Source of the DNA: a virus
Taxonomy: Duplodnaviria; Caudoviricetes
Direction: 5' to 3' (one strand)
Virus record (IMG/VR): IMGVR_UViG_3300044627_001244
Location: 506 to 64,505 of that record
DNA: 64,000 bases
Below, in pieces: positions 30,150-38,900 of this stretch (within the stretch, counting starts at the first letter, position 1; the number at the start of each line of letters is the position of its first letter). Under the pieces are notes generated by a model. It saw only the letters and a program-made list of their open reading frames with translations, ran no database searches and was not told the DNA's origin. The position numbers and the translations under genes were made by a program.

Positions 30150-31643
30150 TTATCTGATGAAGAGTTTAGCAAGATTAGGATATGCCAATTCAATTTTGCG
30201 AATTAGTGTATCTGCTTCAGTATAGAATTCTTTTCTGCTAGACCCTCTACTTATCTCTAGTGTTTTTTGATATTTTTCCTGTGTAATGACATGCGTTACT
30301 CCAGTAACATAATAACGTCCTGAATATATTTCATCTAACGGAGGAGTTCCCGAACTTGCATTTGCCACTTTTTCAAAATAACTAATTACGTTTAATTGAA
30401 CTACATTACCTACCGATATGTTGTTGGTTCCGCCTTGAACAATTGCAGACAACTTTAAATAATTCTTTGTTAACATACCAAAAATATTGTATGGTAACCA
30501 TTCTTCTTTTTTCTTAGTTCCAAAGTTATTTGCGGTTGTAAGTTTTCTAGTTCCTGTTTCCGATAAACCACCCTGAAAAAACTTATTTTCAGGTGTGAGA
30601 AACGAATTGTTGTAAAAATCTCCACTCACATCATCGAAGAATGTTTTATCTCCATATGAAATCGTTTTGTTTGTTGTTGTTCTATTTTTCAGATCAAGAT
30701 ATGTAAATTTTGTTTTATGTAATCCCAACAAAGTAGATTCTAAGTGATTGAAGTTGGATTCTTTTACAAGTTTTGATACACGAACGATATTCGCTTTCTC
30801 TACGTTAGCATCCGTTTTATTTCCAAATGTCAAAACTTTAATTCCAGTTTCATCGGTAGATTCAATCAATTGTTCAACTGAACCAAAATAATGAGAACCT
30901 GAGAATGATTGTCCTCCGCCAATTTCATTTGGAGAAACATATTGACCAGTGACAGGAACAAATCTTTCAAAGAAAACATAATACTTTAATGGACCTGATG
31001 ATCTTTGTGCTAACGCATCGATTGCTACGTGCGGTGGTATACCGGTGCATATAAAAGGTTCAGTTAAAGTAATTTCTGGATCCTCAACCATCAAATCATT
31101 TGCAGACATTTCTGAATATAAACTACGAACCGCATAAAGTAAAGGTGTGTTTTTAAATGACTTGTAAATTGTTTTTTTAATCGAACGCACAAAACTATTT
31201 GAGGTAAACATCAATTGATATTTACCACTACCGCTAGTTACATCAATTTCATGTTTGTTTACTTTGTTGATAATAAAATCTTCGCGCCAAATTAAAATGT
31301 CTTCCGACTCTGGCTTGTATATTTTTAAATTAAGTCTTTCTCCGCCGCGAATTTCAAACTTTTCCAATGCTCCAATAAGGTCATTGATAATTACCGATCC
31401 GCTTACTTTAGTGTTGAACATACTCTCTTCAATTATAACACTTTCAAAGTAACCGCGCAAGTCAATTTTTGCGCCATTGTTCAGAGTCATGGAAACTTCG
31501 CGAACACTAACATCTGCGCCAAAGGTAGGCTCCGGTGTGTTTCGATTATCATAAATCGGAACTTCAGGATTTTCCAACGTATATGCAGTTGGCTTTTTTC
31601 CCCCACCAGAAGGAGGAGTTATGACAAGTTTTTTAGATGCCAT
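30150..31643 (-). CDS. Probable baseplate hub protein (gp27-like)
   Basis: IEESMF...SGSVIIND, YYVFFE, YSGRYYVTGVTHVIT; position between gp53 and gp5. Confidence 0.65.
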   Translation of the reverse strand: MASKKLVITPPSGGGKKPTAYTLENPEVPIYDNRNTPEPTFGADVSVREVSMTLNNGAKIDLRGYFESVIIEESMFNTKVSGSVIINDLIGALEKFEIRGGERLNLKIYKPESEDILIWREDFIINKVNKHEIDVTSGSGKYQLMFTSNSFVRSIKKTIYKSFKNTPLLYAVRSLYSEMSANDLMVEDPEITLTEPFICTGIPPHVAIDALAQRSSGPLKYYVFFERFVPVTGQYVSPNEIGGGQSFSGSHYFGSVEQLIESTDETGIKVLTFGNKTDANVEKANIVRVSKLVKESNFNHLESTLLGLHKTKFTYLDLKNRTTTNKTISYGDKTFFDDVSGDFYNNSFLTPENKFFQGGLSETGTRKLTTANNFGTKKKEEWLPYNIFGMLTKNYLKLSAIVQGGTNNISVGNVVQLNVISYFEKVANASSGTPPLDEIYSGRYYVTGVTHVITQEKYQKTLEISRGSSRKEFYTEADTLIRKIELAYPNLAKLFIR

Positions 31644-31645
31644 TT

Positions 31646-32182
31646 TTATATGATAGGTTTTCTGTCAATGTTTCTAAGTAATGATGACATTGATTTTGCT
31701 ATTGACGGTCTGAACAAACGAATCTTAGACTTGTTGATATTCACTCTAGTTTCATATTGATAATCCGTTTCAGTTCTTTTTCCTGAGTTGGAAGACAACA
31801 CCCCATAGTCAGCAGAATTGATAATATTTCCCGATCCGTCATAGTAATATTTTACAGTTGCCATAGCCGTTTCTAAACTTCCATACTTTTCAATAATGTA
31901 TTGTTTGAAAGTCTCAGAATCTTTAGGCCATTCGTCATAAATGTTCTGAATGTTATTTGCAATTAAAACTGTCCAATCTAAAGTTGGATCATCGTATGCT
32001 TTATTTGCAACGTTGTCGGGACGTTCACCATCCTGAACAACATAAGGAACATAAGAAATGCCTGATACATTTTGAATAAATTCTCTGACTTTAAATCCAG
32101 CAGTCAGATCAACGGCTTCAACGTAATCAAAGTCATCAACTTTGAAAATTGTTTTTTGTGCTTTTGAAAAAAATCCTGACAT
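31646..32182 (-). CDS. gp53: Baseplate wedge protein (LysM-like)
   Basis: YVVQDGERPDNVA..Y.DPTLDWTVLIANNI...EWP, YIIEKYG, YETRVN. Confidence 0.9.
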   Translation of the reverse strand: MSGFFSKAQKTIFKVDDFDYVEAVDLTAGFKVREFIQNVSGISYVPYVVQDGERPDNVANKAYDDPTLDWTVLIANNIQNIYDEWPKDSETFKQYIIEKYGSLETAMATVKYYYDGSGNIINSADYGVLSSNSGKRTETDYQYETRVNINKSKIRLFRPSIAKSMSSLLRNIDRKPII

Positions 32183-32183
32183 A

Positions 32184-33257
32184 TTAATACATCACTAGGT
32201 CTTGTGCATAATCGGCTGCCGCTCTTTCTGCCGTAACAAGAACGCTCTCTTGTAATGATAGAGTAAGAGTGACTTCTGTTGGATAATACTTGTTTCCTTC
32301 GCCCACATCAAAAAATGCGAGTTTACTTTGTGATCCGTAGTTTGTAGATACGTTTTCAATCATGCAAAGTTCCGAATCAAATAGTAGATTGGTTGTTCCA
32401 CCTACTACAAGATATATTGAATACTTAACCATATCTGGATAGATAAACGTGAGTGGTGTTCCAAATTCTTTTTCTTGTTCTCCAAGACCAAGAATATCAG
32501 CAGAGGCAGAATCTACTGCCTCTGCCTGTTGTCTAGCCGCTGCCGCCTCAGCCGTTTCATCTTTATTTTGTTCTACTGTTGCGCTTCCCGCAATCAGTTC
32601 TTGTTCGGTATTTCCTAAACTTGAAATCTTATCTGTACCAATATCAGTTTTAGGAGATGATGCAACTCTAAAAGATGCAACAATCTTATTCATTGCTTCT
32701 GCTTCTGCTTCTGAAGTTGGACGCATAATGAATGATGGCTGAAATCTTCTAAAAACAGGACCAGCATACGCAAGTTGCTGAAAGTTATTGACCATTCTAC
32801 GCATCAAAAATTCTGCTTGAGTTTTGCCGCCGGCACCCATACTTGCGGCAAAACCTGTAACCCCAACCATTGCGTTTAGAATTTGTCGAGTAAGTGCTTC
32901 ATATGCGCTCTTACCCACACTTTCGATAACACTCATACCTAAGCCGAATTGTCCTAAGAACTCTTGTGCAGGATTCCCATCACCCATAAGACCGGCATAT
33001 GACGCACCAAACGCCTGCGTTGACTGCCAACCTTGAGATAAGTTTGAATCAAATCCACTATTAAAGCGAACATAAATAACAGGTGCATCTGCTAAAGGTT
33101 CTCCTCTGTTATTATAAAATTCAAATCTTGCTACAGGTACAGCATATGGCGCGTGAGCCGAATCAATATTGCCGTTTTCACCAACACCAAAATATAGGTT
33201 ATCGCTTGTCGGATAATAACCTCCGCTAGGCTTTTCTGTGTATAGAACAAATGCCAT
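32184..33257 (-). CDS. gp48: Baseplate tail-tube cap
   Basis: FRRFQPSFIMRPTSEAEA, FIYPD, CMIENVSTNY, PTEVTLTLSLQE; divergent from gp4. Confidence 0.75.
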   Translation of the reverse strand: MAFVLYTEKPSGGYYPTSDNLYFGVGENGNIDSAHAPYAVPVARFEFYNNRGEPLADAPVIYVRFNSGFDSNLSQGWQSTQAFGASYAGLMGDGNPAQEFLGQFGLGMSVIESVGKSAYEALTRQILNAMVGVTGFAASMGAGGKTQAEFLMRRMVNNFQQLAYAGPVFRRFQPSFIMRPTSEAEAEAMNKIVASFRVASSPKTDIGTDKISSLGNTEQELIAGSATVEQNKDETAEAAAARQQAEAVDSASADILGLGEQEKEFGTPLTFIYPDMVKYSIYLVVGGTTNLLFDSELCMIENVSTNYGSQSKLAFFDVGEGNKYYPTEVTLTLSLQESVLVTAERAAADYAQDLVMY

Positions 33258-33295
33258 TCGTTTTCCTCGTGAACTAAAATTTATCTTATCTATTT

Positions 33296-33739
33296 ATGTC
33301 TTATAAAGGTCGATTCAAGCCAAAAAACTATCAAAAATATAAAGGCGACCCAACAAATGTGATCTATCGCAGTCTACTTGAACGAAAATTTATGGTTTAT
33401 TGTGATACGAATTCTTCAATTTTAGAGTGGTCATCTGAAGAGATAGTTGTTCCATACAAATCGCCCATCGATAATCGTTGGCATCGATATTTTGTGGACT
33501 TTTACATCAAGTATAAGACAAATACTGGTGAAGTTAAGTCTGCGCTGATTGAAATCAAACCTCAAATTCAAACTCAACCCCCAAAACGTAAAGATACACC
33601 AAACGGTAAGCCCACACGAAGGTTTCTGAATGAAGTTGCGACATGGGGCGTTAATCAAGCGAAATGGAAGGCTGCCAATGAGTTCTGTGAAGATAGAAAA
33701 TGGGAATTTAAAATCATAACTGACAAAGATTTGAGATAA
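33296..33739 (+). CDS. gp4: Head completion nuclease (TnsA-like)
   Basis: YKGRFKPKN..KYKGD, YRSLLE, WSSEE, HRYFVDF, IEIKP, NQAKW. Confidence 0.94.
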   Translation: MSYKGRFKPKNYQKYKGDPTNVIYRSLLERKFMVYCDTNSSILEWSSEEIVVPYKSPIDNRWHRYFVDFYIKYKTNTGEVKSALIEIKPQIQTQPPKRKDTPNGKPTRRFLNEVATWGVNQAKWKAANEFCEDRKWEFKIITDKDLR

Positions 33740-33747
33740 ATAGAAGC

Positions 33748-34347
33748 ATGACAACCATATTCGATACAATTTTACAGCAAGGCGTTCGCCAAGGAATCGT
33801 GCCCGCAAAAACAAGGGCGGCGAGGGATTGGTTTAGAGACCAAGCGGGAAGTGTAACTGGCAATATTACACCAAGTCGAATTCTAAATCGCGCAGATGCG
33901 ACTAGAAAAACATCAGACATGGAGTATGGACTCATGTATGCATTTCGCTATGATCCTAAAATGAAAAAAGAACTGCCATACTATGATACATTTCCTTTGA
34001 TTTTTCCAATTCGCTTTGAGGCGGATGGATTTTTAGGTATCAACTTTCATTACTTGCCGCCTATTCTTCGAGCAAAGTTAATGGACGCATTATATCCCAA
34101 TGTAACGAATAAAAAGTATGATGCAACGACACGAATGAAAGTTTCGTATTCAATTCTTCAAGGTGCTTCTAAGTATAGATTCTTTAAGCCAACAATTAAG
34201 AAGTATTTGAGAAATCATGTTCGTTCGCAATTTTTAGAAATACCAGCAACAGAGTGGGATATTGCTTTGTTTCTACCAACAGAATCGTTTAGAAAGTCTG
34301 ACACAGGAAGAATATGGGAAGACTCACGAAAGAAAATAGGACGATAA
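33748..34347 (+). CDS. gp2: DNA end protector protein
   Basis: YDPK.K..LPYYDTFPLI, GINFHYL, EWDIALFLPT. Confidence 0.93.
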   Translation: MTTIFDTILQQGVRQGIVPAKTRAARDWFRDQAGSVTGNITPSRILNRADATRKTSDMEYGLMYAFRYDPKMKKELPYYDTFPLIFPIRFEADGFLGINFHYLPPILRAKLMDALYPNVTNKKYDATTRMKVSYSILQGASKYRFFKPTIKKYLRNHVRSQFLEIPATEWDIALFLPTESFRKSDTGRIWEDSRKKIGR

Positions 34348-34941
34348 ATGTCTAACATCGCAAAATTATCGGAATTTAAAAGTTCAATCGCAAAAATTGT
34401 AAGACCAAATCTCTTCTATGCAGAATTGAATGGTACGGATAGTCTGTTAATCAATGCAAATCAAGCAATCCCTCAGATTAAGGATACGTTTTCTTTTCGA
34501 TGCGAACAAGCAGAGTTTCCTGGAAGAACAATCACCACAGCAGATGATGTAGGTGGTGGCGGACCTGCACTTAAGTTGCCCTATGATGTAACATATAACG
34601 ATATCAATCTTTCTATCATTTGCGCTGAAGATATGATTGAAAGAATTTTCTTTGAGTTGTGGATGGAAAGTATTGTCGCAACACCTCAATCGAAAACTTC
34701 TGGAAATGCAGGATTGATTGCATATCATCAAGATTATGCAAGAAAAACTTCACTCACAATTCGTCAACTAAATCCGCAAGGCGAAGTGATATTTTTCTAT
34801 ACACTACATGACATTTTTCCAATCGCATTAACTGCTATGAATGCAACATGGGAAGAAGGAAACACTTATCAGAGATTCGGAGTAACTTTGAATTATAGAT
34901 ATTATACCTTCGGAAACGAAGACATTACAGAACCAAGATGA
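34348..34941 (+). CDS. gp54: Baseplate tail-tube initiator (gp19-fold)
   Basis: RPNLF, CEQAEFPGR, FFELWME, DIFP, VTLNYRY. Confidence 0.75.
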   Translation: MSNIAKLSEFKSSIAKIVRPNLFYAELNGTDSLLINANQAIPQIKDTFSFRCEQAEFPGRTITTADDVGGGGPALKLPYDVTYNDINLSIICAEDMIERIFFELWMESIVATPQSKTSGNAGLIAYHQDYARKTSLTIRQLNPQGEVIFFYTLHDIFPIALTAMNATWEEGNTYQRFGVTLNYRYYTFGNEDITEPR

Positions 34942-34962
34942 TTTTAACAATGGAGAAAAACT

Positions 34963-35706
34963 ATGGCACTACCTAAAATTGATGTACCTTTATTTGAGTT
35001 GATGTTACCTTCTACAGGTCAACCAGTAAAATACAGACCGTTCTTAGTTAAAGAACAAAAAATTCTTTTGCTTGCGCTTGAAGGCGAAAGCATTAAAGAG
35101 ACAGTAATCGCAATGAGACAGATTGTTTCGAATTGCGTATTGAGTGAAGATGTTGATGTTGAAAAACTACCAACATTTGATCTCGAATATATTTTCTTGA
35201 AACTTCGCGCAAAATCAATCGGCGAACTTGTTGAATTAAACATGAGACACTCAACTGGCATGAACAGTAAAGGTGAAGAATGTGATGCAATAACAATGCA
35301 TAAAGTTAACCTGATGGACGTTGAAGTTGTCAAGACAATTGAACACGAAGACAAATTCATTTTAGATGAGAAGTCTGGACTTGGAATTAAATTCAAATAC
35401 CCAACTCCTGATCTTGATGCGTTTGATAATAGTGAAGATAGAAGTCAACTTGATATTGCCGCAGACGCAATGTTTGCTTCAATTGAATATATTTTCGACA
35501 ACGAAAACGTATACAAAAAAGAAGATTACACAAAGCAAGAACTTCAAGAGTTCATTGATTCAATGACGCAAGATCAATTTGCAAAGTGTGGTAAGTTTTT
35601 CGAAACTATGCCAAAACTAAAGCATACTGTTAAATGGAAATGTTCTAAGTGTGGATGCGATGATGAAATCACACTGGAGGGTTTGACAAGTTTTTTCGTA
35701 TTCTAA
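34963..35706 (+). CDS. gp26: Baseplate hub assembly chaperone
   Basis: MALPK, KYRPFLVKEQKILL, FDLEYIFLKLRAKSIGE, FFETMPKL, LEGLTSFF. Confidence 0.92.
   Translation: MALPKIDVPLFELMLPSTGQPVKYRPFLVKEQKILLLALEGESIKETVIAMRQIVSNCVLSEDVDVEKLPTFDLEYIFLKLRAKSIGELVELNMRHSTGMNSKGEECDAITMHKVNLMDVEVVKTIEHEDKFILDEKSGLGIKFKYPTPDLDAFDNSEDRSQLDIAADAMFASIEYIFDNENVYKKEDYTKQELQEFIDSMTQDQFAKCGKFFETMPKLKHTVKWKCSKCGCDDEITLEGLTSFFVF
35676..35697 (+). promoter_or_regulatory. Predicted -1 ribosomal frameshift signal
   Basis: In-frame T_TTT_TTC heptamer (35691-35697) with GGAGG (35676-35680) 10 nt upstream. Confidence 0.7.
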
Positions 35707-35900
35707 TCGGACAGGAGAGTCTTAAGAACTTTTACCAGACAAACTTCGCATTGGTACAGCATCATAAATATAGCCTGACTGATATTGAAAATATGATGCC
35801 ATTTGAACGTGAAATCTACCTTATGATGCTTTCTCAGCATGTGACTGAAGAAAACCAAAGATTACAAGAACAACAAGCGGCACAAGGTAGGAAACGATAA
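35691..35900 (+). CDS. gp51: gp51-like segment in the -1 frame of gp26, lacking its own start
   Basis: Not in the ORF track. Translates RILIGQESLKNFYQTNFALVQHHKYSLTDIENMMPFEREIYLMML...; NFALxQHHKYSL is the gp51-like signature of T4-like phages. Confidence 0.85.
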   Translation, partial: FFRILIGQESLKNFYQTNFALVQHHKYSLTDIENMMPFEREIYLMMLSQHVTEENQRLQEQQAAQGRKR

Positions 35901-35927
35901 TGTTGCACATAAAAGGCAAGGCATAAA

Positions 35928-38900
35928 ATGGCTCAAATAGGAAGTTACGCACAAGCACTCGGAGACATTGCAAAAGAAAGTGCAGTAGGAAGCCTAAAAG
36001 GTTTAGCGCAAGGCATGAAATATGCGGCAATGCGAGAATTGCCTGCGCTTTCTGCCGGCATGGTTTTTGCTAAAGATGTGCGTGGTCGAGCCGCAAAGAT
36101 TGAAGATGTAAAATCAAAAGAAGTTGGTAAACGACAAACAGCCGCAACAGAAAACCTTGTTCGACAACAAGCAACAAATAATGTAATTAGTCTTGACATG
36201 GCGCGCCAACTACGCGCAATTAATGCAAACGTTCAGTCTCAACGTCAAATGATGGGACAACAGATTCAATCGGGAAAAAGAACTGAACAATTTGCAGAAG
36301 AAGATGCAAGAGAAAAAGCAGATTTCAATCGAAAACTTCTTCGCGCACTTGAGAAGATGGGTGGTGGTGCTGGAGGTTCAGGATCACCTGCGGCCGGTGC
36401 CAATGCTTCTGGCGGAGGCATTTTTGATTCTATTCTAGGAGCAATCGGAGGAAATCTAGGAGAAATTTTAGGTGGAGCCTTGGGTGGTTATGGCGCGTAT
36501 AAAGGAATTAAGTCATTAAGAACCGGCGGGGTTGTTGCTGGTGGTGGACGCGGAGGTCGTGGTGGTGGTGGTCCTCGCGGACCAACATATCGCGATCCGA
36601 AAACAGGTCGATTTGCTAGAAGACCGCCTGGACTATTGAGAAGAGGTTTAGGTGTATTAGGTCGAGGCGCAGGCATGGTAGGAAGATTCATGCCAAAGTT
36701 TACTCCATGGACTGCGGCTATAGGTGCTGGATTAACTGGACTAAGTTTTGCGCCTGACATTTACGATTATTTCGCAGGTCCTCCTGGTGGTGACTTAGAT
36801 GTAACACCTCAAGACAGACAAAGAGCATTATCCCGTTCATTCTTAACTAGATTCTTGTCTGGTGGAGATGAACGTAGAGCAAGAATTGAAGCGGCAACAA
36901 GACTTAGAAGAGCAAGATATCAAAGACCAACTCCTTACGCGCAAGGTAGATATGACTTAGAAAATCGTGCAGGAAGAACCGGAGCAAGACAATCAAATCC
37001 TGGCGGACCTGGATCATCTCCAGCAATTACCCCAAATACAGTACCTCCTCCTGCTAATTTGCCATCTGGCGCAAGTCAGAATATTAATGATTTAATTATT
37101 CAAGTAGAATCTGGAGGTCGCACTAATGCTGCCGCAACTACAAGTAGAGCATATGGGTTAGGACAATTTGTTCCTAGAACATTTAATGGACTTGTGGCGC
37201 AAGCCAAACCTGGTGATGCCCTTTATGGAAAAACTTTTGATGATTATAAAGCAAGTCCTGCACTTCAACGTGCGGCGATGGCTAAACTAACAGAAACAAA
37301 CGTTAGAACATTACAATCAAGACAAATTCCAATTGATGATGTTTCAATTTACTTAGCACACTTTTTAGGTGCTGGTGGTGCTACAAGAGTTTTAAGGGCA
37401 CCTGATACTGCATTGCTTACAGACGTTGTTGCTAAAGATCAAAGAGATGCAAATCCGGCAGTATTTTCTAAAGTAAAAACTGTTGCAGATTTAAAAGCAT
37501 GGGCAAGAAGAAAAATTGACCAAGCCAAAAGACAGTTAGGCACTTCAAGTGGACGTGCCGCAGCCGCATCGACACCTTCAAGTCCGGTTGAAGGCTCTGA
37601 CTATAACGCACAACTACAACTCACTCAGCAGTTGGGTGCGGCATTCGCTAGAGCATCGAATGATCCAAACACAAGTCCTTTAGCAAGAGAAAACATTAAA
37701 ACTTCGTATGAAGCGGCCGCGGCCAAACTTGCAACAATGCAACGCGAGCCTCCCGCACAATTACCTTCAGTTACGGTAACAGGACGAAGAGTTAACAGAC
37801 CAGGAATTAATGTTCCTGATGCACCAGTAAGAACTGGCAATCGCGCAGTTGATGCGTTTTTAGCACAAAGATCAGTCACTACAGCAAACGCACCAGCGAC
37901 AAGAGGAATTTCTGTAGCATCAACAAGCGGCACATCTGTTACTACAGCAAACGCACCTCTTCCTGTTGTTGACGAAGAAGCAAATCAAAGACTTGCCAAG
38001 ATTGAAAAATCTCAAGGTAAGGTAGAAAAAGAAACAAAAGGACTTTCTGTAAGTTCTAGACTAGCCGCACGTAACTTCTTACGTAGAGAGCGTCCTACAA
38101 GACGAATTCTATCTCCAGAAGAAGAGGCAGATCAATATCTAAAGAAAGCACAGCAAGGTTTCTTAAATGCATTTGACAGAACACTCACAAAAGCATTTAA
38201 AGACTTTGGCACAAACTTCTTAAAGTCGGTTGGCTATGCACCAGGCGGCACACCTGTATCTGCACAAGAAGCAATGCGAGTTGGTTACGCAGGTAATCAA
38301 TTAGGTAGAATGCTTGACCTTGATAAGAAGGTCGCAAAAGGACTTGAAAAGATCATAGGTAAAGAATATGGTCGTATGCTTGCGCCAGCAGTATCTCAGT
38401 TGGGTAAAGCATATCTCAACAGCATGGCAGTTGGAATTGGACAAAGCCTGTTCACTGGTGTTAGTGGGCGCGATGCAAAATCTGCGAATGCAATTACTGG
38501 ACAGATTCTAGGTAATCTAGCAAAAGGCAATAAACAAATTGCAATGGAGCAATTGCTTTATGGTTTAACAGGCATTGCGTCTGGACCAGAAACAATTGCA
38601 CAATCATACGGATTTAGATCGGCAGCCGAAGGCATTGGCTACATGGCTGAAGTCTTTGCCGCAAGATCAACTGATGCAGTTAGAGGAATTTTTGGTTGGG
38701 AAGATAGAACAGCGCCTCAGCAAATGAGAGACCCTGTCACGGGTAGATTGTTCACTCCAGACCAAGCCGGTACCGATCAGTCAATGCGTAATATTGCGGC
38801 TGGTGGTTATGGTGGTATCTATAGAAGAGAAGCGGCACAAACACTTAGAACTTCTCAGATGACAACAATGGTTGGTAAGTCAAATAACTTACTGACTGAA

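Noticed and set aside
33296-33739. TnsA-like endonuclease as a transposon
   Set aside because: It is the gp4 head-completion protein in normal synteny with gp2; no transposase partners or ends are present.
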